64,000 bases of DNA from a virus (IMGVR_UViG_3300037087_000181:21257-85256); one strand, 5' to 3'. Positions 37,886 through 48,052 are shown, counted from the first letter of the stretch. Numbers and translations: made by a program. Notes: a model not told the origin generated them from the letters alone.

Positions 37886-39243
37886 TGGAATTTAACAACT
37901 CATTTACGGGTAAAAATATAATAGCACCTCTCCCGTCAAGCGAGGGTTTACAGAGGTCACAGGAGAATATGGATAACATGATTCTTGGGGCTGAGAAATT
38001 AAAAACAGAAATTTATCAAAGAAACGCTGAACAGTTTCAGAAAGCATCTAATGTCCCTCCTGAATTTGTACTTGCCGATTCAGCACAGAAAACACAGATG
38101 GGCTTGATCAATGCATTTAATCAGAAATGGGGTAAGGCATTCCAACAGTCAGGTGGTAATCTTTCGGATGAGCAGAAGATGCAGATGACAACAGACAAAA
38201 ATGTTCTACTCATGCAACAGCAGCAGATGCAATCAAGCATGGTTAGGGCAATGAAAGATAGAGAAGATGTTCAGAAAGATGTACAGGGGAATTTAGACCA
38301 TGAGGATTTTAACAATAGGTGGAATGATTACCTAAAAACAGGAAATTATGATCAGTCTCCATTACTTCCTGCATCAATAAGTCCAAATGATTATTTCAAT
38401 AAAGATGCTAATAAGTTTAAGGGCAATCCTGCTGATGTGACAACGGTTGAAAATATTGGTGGTGTTCCTCAAAAGGTAACAAGAACTGCAAGTGGCACTG
38501 AAGCACAGGGCAGAACATGGGTACAGGACAGGCTTCATAATGATGACAGATTTGCAAGGGGTGTTATTCAAGATTTTCAGAACCTAAAAAACACAAATCC
38601 TTCGTTATATAAGCAGTATCTTGACACGGATATCAATGGAACCGTATCACCAGATGGGGCAAGGGCATCTCAATCGGTAAATAGCAATCCTATTTTAAAA
38701 TATGCTCAAGATAATTATTGGCAAAATGCATTAAAACTGGGTGAAAGTAAACCAGTAACGCTTAAAATGGGTAGTGCAACAAAGTTTGATTATAGTAAAG
38801 TAAATGCTACTAATAACCAAAACGGATTATATACACCACAGGACGGTTTCGCTGCCAAAGACGCAACTGGGAAGGTATTTAACTTACCCTCTTATCAGGA
38901 CTTAGGTCAGAAAAAGGTAGTCACCGTAGATCAGAATATTAAACAGATATACACCAAAGATAAAAACGGGAACGAAACACTTGTTCCTTTTAATCAATCA
39001 GCAAAATTTGATATTACCGGGTATAGTAAAGACAAAGATCAGATTCTTATAACTCTTGATAGCGGTACAACTGGCGATGGTGATTATAGTAAGGGAGATC
39101 AGCTTGTAGTACCAGCAGCAGATTTTGATGATGTGTTGAAAAATAAATATGGAATCTTTAGGGGACAACAAACTACAACAGCCACTACAAACTCTATTTT
39201 AGAGAGAGCCAAGCAACTTAATTCAAAGCCATCTAAAAAATAA
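37885..39243 (+). CDS. putative ejection/cargo protein
   Basis: Q/N/D-rich; lies between the small and large cargo genes. Confidence 0.55.
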   Translation: MEFNNSFTGKNIIAPLPSSEGLQRSQENMDNMILGAEKLKTEIYQRNAEQFQKASNVPPEFVLADSAQKTQMGLINAFNQKWGKAFQQSGGNLSDEQKMQMTTDKNVLLMQQQQMQSSMVRAMKDREDVQKDVQGNLDHEDFNNRWNDYLKTGNYDQSPLLPASISPNDYFNKDANKFKGNPADVTTVENIGGVPQKVTRTASGTEAQGRTWVQDRLHNDDRFARGVIQDFQNLKNTNPSLYKQYLDTDINGTVSPDGARASQSVNSNPILKYAQDNYWQNALKLGESKPVTLKMGSATKFDYSKVNATNNQNGLYTPQDGFAAKDATGKVFNLPSYQDLGQKKVVTVDQNIKQIYTKDKNGNETLVPFNQSAKFDITGYSKDKDQILITLDSGTTGDGDYSKGDQLVVPAADFDDVLKNKYGIFRGQQTTTATTNSILERAKQLNSKPSKK

Positions 39244-39265
39244 TTTTAAAATATTTTAAGATAAA

Positions 39266-39297
39266 TTTGCATAATTGGATTATGTGGTTTATCTTTG
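39266..39297 (+). promoter_or_regulatory. sigma-A promoter (TTTG, 20 nt, TATCTTTG)
   Basis: Seen directly. Confidence 0.8.
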
Positions 39298-39301
39298 GTG
39301 A

Positions 39302-39514
39302 ATGGAATATTACGAAGATTTTGAAAAAATTATTGAGTGGACAAAACTTATGAATAAGATTAAAACTCAAATTTTGGATTTAGCATCTCCTAAAAATTGG
39401 ATAGAAGATTATCCACACGAGAATGGAAATTATGTTAATAAGTGTATCCAATGTGGAGAGTTCTTTCTTGGGCATAAAAGAAGGGTGATTTGTAGAGAAT
39501 GTCAAACATCGTAA
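39302..39514 (+). CDS. small zinc-ribbon protein
   Basis: ENGNY...CIQCG..FLGHKRRVICREC; true start may be the internal Met. Confidence 0.6.
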   Translation: MEYYEDFEKIIEWTKLMNKIKTQILDLASPKNWIEDYPHENGNYVNKCIQCGEFFLGHKRRVICRECQTS

Positions 39515-39543
39515 ATAGCACCTAATCAATAATAAAGACCATT

Positions 39544-40005
39544 ATGGACAAATCGGTATTAACTTTATTAAGAGAAAACGGGCATTACATTGTTGAAAAT
39601 GACGTTTTTTCTGACAGGGAGGGGCGAAATTGGATATTGCATGGTATGTTGGGAAATAATAATTTCACGCTTTCTTGTTTAGATGATACCTTATGGACGG
39701 AAGTTACCTTAAAGGAATTAAGAGAAAAATACACATTCAAATGCGATGCACTTGTTATTTTAAATTCTCCCGAAATTCAAGGGAATCTTTCACGGGCTAA
39801 TCCTATAAGGAATCTTCCAATATATATTGAACATCTAAAAGAACCATCTATTGTGGCACAAATATTGGATGATTTAAAGGCTGAAATGCAGAAAGATTCT
39901 CCGTGGATAGAAGAAGAGGCAATAGATGATTTTTTAAAAACATACGGAGATGGTTTTGTGAAATTTGCGGCACTTTATAATGGACATGACCCCGCAAAGA
40001 ATTAG
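39544..40005 (+). CDS. hypothetical protein
   Basis: 153-aa ORF. Confidence 0.65.
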   Translation: MDKSVLTLLRENGHYIVENDVFSDREGRNWILHGMLGNNNFTLSCLDDTLWTEVTLKELREKYTFKCDALVILNSPEIQGNLSRANPIRNLPIYIEHLKEPSIVAQILDDLKAEMQKDSPWIEEEAIDDFLKTYGDGFVKFAALYNGHDPAKN

Positions 40006-40035
40006 TGATATTAAAACGCTTTAAATAAAAAGACT

Positions 40036-40043
40036 TATCTTTG
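40036..40043 (+). promoter_or_regulatory. -7 promoter element TATCTTTG
   Basis: Precedes the structured non-coding region. Confidence 0.7.
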
Positions 40044-40049
40044 CACCGG

Positions 40050-40450
40050 AAAATTAATCCTATGCGAGATAATTTGACACATAATCAAATAAAGATACTG
40101 GACTCCGTAGAGAGTTGTGTTGCGTTCTATTCGCATAGGATTCTATCAACCAACTTGACACGGAGTTCTTATGACTTATTCTCTCCGATTGCTAATTTCA
40201 TTTAGCAAAATCAAAGCAACGTAGTGGTTTATGGGATACCCAATGCGAAAAGAAGCTGTGTGACAGCCTTGAATGAAAGACAATAGCATTGGGATGGAGT
40301 ATAAAAGCGGTAGTCGTTGACAACAGGAGGGGAAACAAGTCCGCACTGGATTAATAAGAAACAACAGTTAAGGGGTACTCTCTTAAACCACAGTCTTCGG
40401 AAGCACCAAGAGAAGGGCATCTCTACATTCAAGGGATTTCATTCTTCTTT
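40050..40450 (+). ncRNA. candidate large structured RNA of unknown family
   Basis: At least 8 complementary segments including two crossing (pseudoknot) pairings; cUUCGg loop; bounded by two promoters; no convincing long ORF. Confidence 0.55.
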
Positions 40451-40480
40451 TGTGCTATTTAAAGGTTTGCCAAAAGTGAC

Positions 40481-40488
40481 TATCTTTG
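40481..40488 (+). promoter_or_regulatory. -7 promoter element TATCTTTG
   Basis: 20 nt before the large cargo ATG. Confidence 0.7.
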
Positions 40489-40508
40489 TAATCTATTAAT
40501 AATCCTTC

Positions 40509-43500
40509 ATGGAAGATAAAACACAACAACTATTTAATCTTTTAAATGAGTCTAAGGATTTCAAGGGTGCATTCAAAACCCCTGAAGAGTTAACCGCTAC
40601 ACTTTCTGATGAAACTAAGGTTGGTGCGTTATATTCATTGCTTAACGAGAGTGCTGATTTCAAAGGAGCATTTAATTCAATAGATGAGTTTAAAACATCA
40701 TTTGATATAAAAAAAAAAGTTTCTTCACAAGATGCGCTCACTTCTGCTTCGGGCAAAGAGGAACTTCCTTTATTAGATCAGTTAGGGCAAAAGCCACAGG
40801 ATTCCTTAACTCAACCATCACAGTCAACATCGGCTGAACCTGTTCAAAAAACAGAAGCGTTCACGTTCCCTGAACAAGCACCAATAATTGAACAACCAAG
40901 GGATGCCACTAATGTTAATATAGTACAAAGGACATCTTTGCCTACACCTCCCGAAACAGTAATGCGCCAAGGTAGAGGTCTTAAACCAGAAAATTTAGGG
41001 GAATATATTAAAGCCTTTGGTGGAACTCTTAACAGAGCCTTTGAAGAAGTACCCAAACTTGCCGATTGGATTCAGTCGACTGCTAATGATGCTGTTCTAC
41101 AAACTGTATATGGATTACCCGTGGCACAACAAGCACAGAAATTAAGAGCAGCAGGATTTGATTATTCTACTGCATTATCAACCGATCCAATGCAGCGTCC
41201 ATTTGGCATGATAGCTGATCTTCTTGAGGGTTGGACAGACAAAACCGTTGGGAAACTTGTATTACCACAAGGTAAGGAAAAGGGTGGTGTTATTGGTGAC
41301 ATAGCAACGGGTACGGCAAATGTATTACCCGATATTGCCTACGCATCAGTCCTTGCAACAGCAATGCCAGAGGTATTGGCGTTAAAAGCCATAGAGATGG
41401 CAACAGGAATAAACCTTGCGAGCAACTTTGGATTTGAACAGGGAATCAAAACTGCCGTAAGTAAATCTCAACAATTTGAAAATGGCGGTAATCTACAAAA
41501 GGTTCTTGCACCCGCAGTTGGGATGATAGAGGGTTATGCCCAAGGGTATTTCTTTGCGAATATGAGTACGAAAGGCAATGAGATAGGAAAGTCCATTGCC
41601 GATCAGGTTATGCCCAAAGTGACTACTGAAAGTCAGGCAATAAACAAAGCCATAATCCAAACAGGGGGGGCTACTGTAAGTACAGCAGGCATGTTTGGTG
41701 GATGGGGAGTACTTGATGAGTATAGAAGAACTGGGCAAGTTTCAGAGGATACTTTCTTATCCAACGCAGGACAGGGAATGGTGTTTGGTACAAAAGACCC
41801 ATTAAGAATGTTGCTTTCTAAAGGTGTGATGGCTTTTGTGGGCGCACCAAGACAGATGATTAATGATATAGCCAAGAGCGATATCCCCGCAGAAGAACAC
41901 GCTAAAAACGCACATGAAAAGTTTGATGCCGTAGCCAATGGAACATCAGCCAATCCCGAATCAGACCTTGCATCAGGTAAATTATCAATAAACACAGCCA
42001 TTTTAAAGGCTACTACAGAGCAGGTTTTAAATAATAAGGATGGGTTAATTTTAGCAGTAAAATCATCTACTTTTGAAACAAAAATTAAGGATGCTATTAT
42101 TGATAAAATTAATGCTATTGATGCCGACAATGACACTAAAATACAGGCTACAAAAGATATTACTGATAAAATCTCTAAGATTGATGATGCATTAAGTAAT
42201 ATAAGTGGTAATAATTCATGGGATGATGTCAGGAAAGAGGTTGAGTCAGCCCCGCTAAAGGAAAGAAAAGAAGAACTCAAACAGGACGCTAAAAAAGTCT
42301 ACGGTATTGAGCCTAAAGAACAGCCAAAAGGGGAAGATGGAAAGGTTAAGGAAAAACCGAAGGCAGTACAGACAGAATCGTCACAGAAATTTTTAGATGA
42401 CCTTGATAATTATAAGTTGGGTGACAAAACCTTCAAAAGTAAAGAAGACCTTACTAATTGGTTAGATAAAAACTACAATGAGAACGACAGGTTTAGTTCT
42501 GTCAACGAAGAAGGTTATCTTGAACCTAATACCATGAAAGTCTTTAACGAGTGGTATAAGGGTAATAAAGATAGGCTCGCTAAAGAAGAAATGGATCGCA
42601 TAGATAAAGAAAACCAAATTAATACACAGGAGGGAACACAAAATGCCAGTGAAAATAGAACATCAGATAGCCAACTCCCTGACCAAGGCACATCCGAATT
42701 GGAGCAAGGAAAAGGTAATGTCGACAATGTGGGCAACAATGAACAAAAAGGGACTACTCAAGAAGAAGTAAAACCAGTTGAAAATTCTATGTCTGATTCT
42801 AAGGATATCCCAAAAGGGGTCGAAGAACAGGTAAAGGAATACAAGAAACCCGGAGAGCTTCAAAAAGGATGGGAAGAAGCATTGCCCAATGTTCCTAAAA
42901 AAGAAATTGGCACATTAGACGATGGACGTAAAGTATCTATCGTTAATGGTACTGAAATGCGCAACAAGGTTTATACTAATTTCACGGAAGGGGGTAATTC
43001 TCATGCTTATCCGTGGATGAATAAGGGCGATCTTTTTATCGAAGACGTGGAAAGTGGTGAGGATAAGGTAGCTGATCTTATTCATGAGGCAGAAGAAGAC
43101 AGGGCTATGGATAAGCTTGGCATCTCTTACGATAAGGCACATGAAGAATATGGATTGCCTGCTGAACGAGAATATCGGGATACAGGAAAAATCCCTGATT
43201 ATCTTAAGCCAATAGCAGAATTATTATTAAAAGAACCTGCCGAACCCCTACAACAGCAGGAAAATGTCCCACGGGAGGGTACTATACCCCCAAAAGGCGA
43301 AGGAACTCTTCTAAAAGGTACAGAAGTACCACCGGAACAAATACCCCCTACCGAGCCGCCTATACGGGGGACAGTGGGTAATCAGGATAACCAACGGGAA
43401 AAGGGATTACTTAATAGGATTAAAAAAGCTAAGAATTTCAAGGAATTTGGTAAGGAAATAGAGGAAAAAGGATTAACATACGAGCAAATACCAAATAATG

Positions 43501-46500
43501 CCACGGCAGCACAGGTAGATGCCATGATTGCATCAAGAGGATTAAGACAATCCGAGGCAGATATCCGTAATGAGTCACTTAATATCCCGGACAGGATACG
43601 CTCAATGGGTGCTGTGCAAATACTTGACAAGTACAGGGAATTGGCACGGGACTCCAAAGATGATGTCGAAAAACAAGACTACATAAAACGAGCAGTTGAT
43701 TTAGCTGATTGGGTTGATAAAGCGGGACGTAATTGGGGACAAGCTATACAGGCACTTGCCTCCGAAAGAGTAAATAATATTCTTACTCCTGATATGCAAC
43801 TGCTAAAGGCTAAAAAGATGGTAGACAGTATGCGTCAAAAATTGCTTGATAAAAATGCTGATGACATTGCCACCAAGGGTCAGCAGATGAAAGACATTAA
43901 TAATAATGTTGTAGATCAGGTAATAAATTCTAAAGAATATCAGGACTTAAAGGATAGGGTTGCGGAACTTGAAAAGAAAGTTGCGGAACAAAAGGCAAAC
44001 CAGCCCAAATACAAAGCACGAATAAAACAAATACAGGCAGATCGTGCAAAAGAATGGGATGCATTCTTTAAAAGTTCACAGACTTCTGTATCGGCTATCG
44101 GATTAAGTTCAGAACAAATAGAACACCTTGGTAATATCTTGTCGCTATACGCACAGGAAGGGATTACAAGAGCAGAAGAAATACTCGATAGGTTTAAAAG
44201 GGAATATCTTGAGAAATCAGGGCAAGAACTTGATGATGATAAGGCAAAAGCATGGATAGCAGCGGCACAAAAAAGAAATGAAGAAGGTGGAGTAACAGCA
44301 GATGAACTTGATAATTATGTTGAAGCAAGGGAGAAAGGAAAACAAATTGACCAAATCGTCAAAGACCACTATACTAAACCTGATAAATCAGGAAGAAGTT
44401 TAAAAGAAAAACTTATTGAGGATGGAGGGTTAAAAGATGCAGATGCACAGAAGATAGCAGATAAAGCAGCGAAGAAATTCAAAGACCTTGCTACTCCTGA
44501 GAAGAAGAAAATATTAAAAGGGAAAAACAGCCTTGTAAATAAGATAATAGAACTCACTAATGCGGGAGCATGGGAAGATTCTGATCTAACAGATGCTTAT
44601 GCAAGGGCTTTTGGTTGGCCAAAACTGACAGATGAAAATATTAAAGAGATAACCAGATTGGCCGAATTGGCAGACAAAGCACCCAAAGGAGAACAGAAAA
44701 ATAAAGCGATACAAGCATTGCTCGCCTATCAATCGGCACACATCAAGGGAATTGATTTAGGTGATATAGGTAATGCCCTTTGGTATGCCTCCGCTCTTTC
44801 TGGTCCACATACGCATACGAAGAAAATGTCATCTGAATTACAAACAGTAGGACTCGAGACAATAGTAACTTCTTTGTATCATGCAAATCATCCCGGAGAT
44901 ATTCCCCATTTATTTTCAGCACTTCTGCGTGGATGGGGTGCTGGATATCAAAAAGCACTTGATGTATTAAAAACGGGGTATAACCCAATGAATAAGGAAG
45001 AAACCCCCGCTCTTCTTGAAATGGTTGATTCCCCGATAGCTAAAGTTGCCAGATATGTACAACGTATGTTCGTAGCAGTACAGCAGTTTAATGCAGGGCC
45101 ATCAAGAGAGATACGTGCTACTGAACTAGCTGTAGCAAAAGCGAGGGCAGAGAGACCCAGCGCAACAGAACCAGATAAAACTGATTGGGGGCGTGCATGG
45201 GATATATTGGCAAAGACACCCGAACAAAGGGTACAGTTTGAGCAACAGGCACAAAGTGAAGGATTAAAAGGGAGAGATTATAAACGTAGGGTGTGGGAGT
45301 TAATGGAACAGAATCGCCCCGATGATATAATGGAAAAAGCAGAAGCGTATTCTTTAAGAACTACATATATGGGACCACCCGAAGGACTCCTCGGTATGTT
45401 TGCTCACAAGATAGGACAAATGACTACTGCGGCTAGTGGAACTATACCAATACCATTTACCAAAAAAGAATATACACTCTATCCATTAAAGAGGATAGTT
45501 CCTTTCACCCGAGTATTGGCGAATCTTGGAAATCAGATGCTCGATTATTTTCCGCCTACGGGGCTTGCTCGTGCTGGCATTGGAAGCATGGGGGTATCTG
45601 GAATGAATAAATATCAATTTTCTAAGGGATATTACCGCAAATATACTCCTGAAGAAAGAGGAAAAGAAGCCATGAAAGGGTTAATCGGGATGGCAACTAT
45701 TGCCGGTATATGGGGGTTAACACAATTAAAAGATAAAGATGACAAACCATTCGTAGAAATAACTGCCAATGGCTATGGGAAGGGTGATCCACGCAATGAT
45801 GAATTAAAAAGACTTGGGTGGCAACCATTTTCATTAAGAGTCGGTGATCGTTGGTTTAGCTGGCAACATTCTCCTCTTGCATTAGCTATCGGCCCGTTGG
45901 GTTATTTTGATGATCTTTCAAAATATCACAAAGACGAGTCAGTAGATGATAAGTTTGCAATGAAGGTGGTAAAATGTTATGGAAATTCTATGACTACTAT
46001 TTTTTCTGCTCCTTACATAGAGGGCCTTAATAACTTTTTTGCAGCTATCGGATCAGGTGATCCTAATAAAACGGGAACATATATTTCCAGGTTAGCCTCG
46101 TCAATGGGTAAAAGTGTTGTCTATCCTAAATTAATAGAACAGACAGTACAGACTATTGATAATCTATCGAAAACAACAGAAAAGACGTCATCGGCTTGGG
46201 ATGCACAGATAATTAGAAACATGCCAGTGGCAAGAAATAAACTTAATGCGCTTTATAATTCTTGGGGAGATGAAGTGAAGACGCCCCCTGTCTTTGGTAT
46301 AACGAAGGTCGAACATGATCCTTTCTATGAATATCTTGTTAAAAATAATCTTAATTTAGCCGCACCCCGTCAGAAAGAGCCACATTACGATGATACTAAG
46401 GGTATTCTACGTCCGATGACTGATGATGAGTATGCCGATTTTATCCACAAAAGCGGGCAGGTTATCAAACAAAGGGTACAAAGTGAGGTTATTGACAAAA

Positions 46501-47003
46501 AGTTACCACAGGATGAAGCCGAAAAAGTTAAAAATAATATTTCAGGAGATGAAAGAAATAAATATATAACAGAATTATTCGGCTGGGGACAGTTAAGGCA
46601 AACTCATCCCGACGATTGGAAGGTAATGAAGGATAATGGGGCATTACAGATACCCCCCACGTCTGAACATCTCAAGGTAGGAAAAGAAAAAGTAACCATT
46701 GCCACAGAAGACAAGATTCCGTCAAAAGAACTTGAAACATTTAGAAATGCTGCGATGGAAGAATATCGCAAGAAAGTCATGCCGTATCTTCAGGATGCCG
46801 ATAGAGTAAAAGCCGATAAAAACAAGCCTGCTAAATATGAAACGGGTGAACAAAAGGGTAAAATCATGACAGATGAATATAATAATCCCATAATTAAATT
46901 TAACAATAAAATAAAAGGATTATGGGCAGATGCTCTTGCAAAAGCCAAAGATCAAACCGAAACAATATTAAAGCAAGAGAAAAATACAACAACTCAAAAG
47001 TAA
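40509..47003 (+). CDS. large virion cargo/ejection (polyvalent-type) protein
   Basis: 2164 aa; helical; HExxE metallopeptidase-like insert; C-terminal region like large polyvalent proteins. Confidence 0.65.
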   Translation: MEDKTQQLFNLLNESKDFKGAFKTPEELTATLSDETKVGALYSLLNESADFKGAFNSIDEFKTSFDIKKKVSSQDALTSASGKEELPLLDQLGQKPQDSLTQPSQSTSAEPVQKTEAFTFPEQAPIIEQPRDATNVNIVQRTSLPTPPETVMRQGRGLKPENLGEYIKAFGGTLNRAFEEVPKLADWIQSTANDAVLQTVYGLPVAQQAQKLRAAGFDYSTALSTDPMQRPFGMIADLLEGWTDKTVGKLVLPQGKEKGGVIGDIATGTANVLPDIAYASVLATAMPEVLALKAIEMATGINLASNFGFEQGIKTAVSKSQQFENGGNLQKVLAPAVGMIEGYAQGYFFANMSTKGNEIGKSIADQVMPKVTTESQAINKAIIQTGGATVSTAGMFGGWGVLDEYRRTGQVSEDTFLSNAGQGMVFGTKDPLRMLLSKGVMAFVGAPRQMINDIAKSDIPAEEHAKNAHEKFDAVANGTSANPESDLASGKLSINTAILKATTEQVLNNKDGLILAVKSSTFETKIKDAIIDKINAIDADNDTKIQATKDITDKISKIDDALSNISGNNSWDDVRKEVESAPLKERKEELKQDAKKVYGIEPKEQPKGEDGKVKEKPKAVQTESSQKFLDDLDNYKLGDKTFKSKEDLTNWLDKNYNENDRFSSVNEEGYLEPNTMKVFNEWYKGNKDRLAKEEMDRIDKENQINTQEGTQNASENRTSDSQLPDQGTSELEQGKGNVDNVGNNEQKGTTQEEVKPVENSMSDSKDIPKGVEEQVKEYKKPGELQKGWEEALPNVPKKEIGTLDDGRKVSIVNGTEMRNKVYTNFTEGGNSHAYPWMNKGDLFIEDVESGEDKVADLIHEAEEDRAMDKLGISYDKAHEEYGLPAEREYRDTGKIPDYLKPIAELLLKEPAEPLQQQENVPREGTIPPKGEGTLLKGTEVPPEQIPPTEPPIRGTVGNQDNQREKGLLNRIKKAKNFKEFGKEIEEKGLTYEQIPNNATAAQVDAMIASRGLRQSEADIRNESLNIPDRIRSMGAVQILDKYRELARDSKDDVEKQDYIKRAVDLADWVDKAGRNWGQAIQALASERVNNILTPDMQLLKAKKMVDSMRQKLLDKNADDIATKGQQMKDINNNVVDQVINSKEYQDLKDRVAELEKKVAEQKANQPKYKARIKQIQADRAKEWDAFFKSSQTSVSAIGLSSEQIEHLGNILSLYAQEGITRAEEILDRFKREYLEKSGQELDDDKAKAWIAAAQKRNEEGGVTADELDNYVEAREKGKQIDQIVKDHYTKPDKSGRSLKEKLIEDGGLKDADAQKIADKAAKKFKDLATPEKKKILKGKNSLVNKIIELTNAGAWEDSDLTDAYARAFGWPKLTDENIKEITRLAELADKAPKGEQKNKAIQALLAYQSAHIKGIDLGDIGNALWYASALSGPHTHTKKMSSELQTVGLETIVTSLYHANHPGDIPHLFSALLRGWGAGYQKALDVLKTGYNPMNKEETPALLEMVDSPIAKVARYVQRMFVAVQQFNAGPSREIRATELAVAKARAERPSATEPDKTDWGRAWDILAKTPEQRVQFEQQAQSEGLKGRDYKRRVWELMEQNRPDDIMEKAEAYSLRTTYMGPPEGLLGMFAHKIGQMTTAASGTIPIPFTKKEYTLYPLKRIVPFTRVLANLGNQMLDYFPPTGLARAGIGSMGVSGMNKYQFSKGYYRKYTPEERGKEAMKGLIGMATIAGIWGLTQLKDKDDKPFVEITANGYGKGDPRNDELKRLGWQPFSLRVGDRWFSWQHSPLALAIGPLGYFDDLSKYHKDESVDDKFAMKVVKCYGNSMTTIFSAPYIEGLNNFFAAIGSGDPNKTGTYISRLASSMGKSVVYPKLIEQTVQTIDNLSKTTEKTSSAWDAQIIRNMPVARNKLNALYNSWGDEVKTPPVFGITKVEHDPFYEYLVKNNLNLAAPRQKEPHYDDTKGILRPMTDDEYADFIHKSGQVIKQRVQSEVIDKKLPQDEAEKVKNNISGDERNKYITELFGWGQLRQTHPDDWKVMKDNGALQIPPTSEHLKVGKEKVTIATEDKIPSKELETFRNAAMEEYRKKVMPYLQDADRVKADKNKPAKYETGEQKGKIMTDEYNNPIIKFNNKIKGLWADALAKAKDQTETILKQEKNTTTQK

Positions 47004-47004
47004 C

Positions 47005-47012
47005 TATCTTTG
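47005..47012 (+). promoter_or_regulatory. -7 promoter element TATCTTTG
   Basis: 21 nt before ATG 47034. Confidence 0.7.
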
Positions 47013-47033
47013 CACTAATAAATACAAAATAAA

Positions 47034-47450
47034 ATGGCAGTACTATTAACAAACACAGGAAGTCCGCTTCCATTATGGTTTCGGGATATCCTTTCATATT
47101 CAAGCATAGGAACAGTAGCCATAGACCCGGTAGCTACTTATCAGGCAAGTGCCAAAGCAACATCTAACCTATCTTTGATGAATGAGTATGTGGCTCATGG
47201 CTTTGGCGTAAAGAACGCCACAGACACCGCAGCTTATATCTTTGCTATTACCCTTGCACAGTACGAAAGTTACGTCACGCAAAACAGAGGCATATTACCT
47301 GCAAACTATGTTCTAACTGGTATTACCCCAAGACAGATTCATCTTGCAGCAGGGGAGTGGTGTTTGACTCCAATCGTAAAGGTTTTCGCAGGTAACGCTG
47401 GTGGTGGATTTGCAAGCACAGTTACGGTTGTAAATGTCGGGCTTATATGA
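47034..47450 (+). CDS. hypothetical (probable structural) protein
   Basis: 138-aa ORF after the promoter. Confidence 0.65.
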   Translation: MAVLLTNTGSPLPLWFRDILSYSSIGTVAIDPVATYQASAKATSNLSLMNEYVAHGFGVKNATDTAAYIFAITLAQYESYVTQNRGILPANYVLTGITPRQIHLAAGEWCLTPIVKVFAGNAGGGFASTVTVVNVGLI

Positions 47451-48052
47451 ATCGAGTAGGTGTATATCAAATTAGTTCCATTTGTAAGTCTAATAGGATG
47501 TATATTGGAAGTTCGGTGAATATACAGAAACGGTGGTTAATGCACCTATCACAGTTAAGGATTAATAAACACCACTCTGTTAAACTCCAACGTCATTATA
47601 ATAAATACGGAGAAGAAGATTTATTTTTCTCTATATTATACCAAACAAGAAAGGAAGACGTTCTTTTAATGGAGCAAGTATTACTGGATATACACAAACC
47701 TTATTTCAATAATAGTTATGTGGCGGGCAGTCCACGAGGATGTAAAAGAAGTAAGAAAACAATAGAGAAGCACAGAAAACAAATTATTGGTAAGCCATCT
47801 TGGAACAAGGGTATTCCCATGAGTGAAGAGACCAAAAGAAAAGATAGTGAATCTCATATTGGTAAAATTCCGTGGATGAAAGGGAAACATCATAAGGCGG
47901 AATCAAATCAAAAGAATAGGGATGGCCACCTTGGTAAAAAACATTCTGATTCTACTATTAATAAATTAAAGGAGCGCATTCCTTGGAATAAGGGACTTAA
48001 AAAGAAGAAAGGTGCAATAGGCGTGATTAGTAAAAACAATTTAATACTTTAA
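47447..48052 (+). CDS. GIY-YIG homing endonuclease with NUMOD3 repeats
   Basis: GVYQI...MYIGSS...R; PSWNKG, PWMKGKHH and PWNKG repeats. Confidence 0.9.
   Translation: MNRVGVYQISSICKSNRMYIGSSVNIQKRWLMHLSQLRINKHHSVKLQRHYNKYGEEDLFFSILYQTRKEDVLLMEQVLLDIHKPYFNNSYVAGSPRGCKRSKKTIEKHRKQIIGKPSWNKGIPMSEETKRKDSESHIGKIPWMKGKHHKAESNQKNRDGHLGKKHSDSTINKLKERIPWNKGLKKKKGAIGVISKNNLIL

Noticed and set aside
40200-40450. tmRNA, tRNA or RNase P (CACCA at about 40404-08; GGAAACAAGTCC)
   Set aside because: No T-arm GTTCRA, no acceptor stem, and no RNase P CR-I/CR-V consensus
42115-42140. DADND as an RNAP DxDxD motif
   Set aside because: It lies in a coiled-coil context without the flanking beta-barrel signature
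47447-48052. Group I intron hosting the GIY-YIG gene
   Set aside because: The ORF overlaps the upstream stop and ends 4 nt before the next ATG, leaving no room for an intron core; it is free-standing
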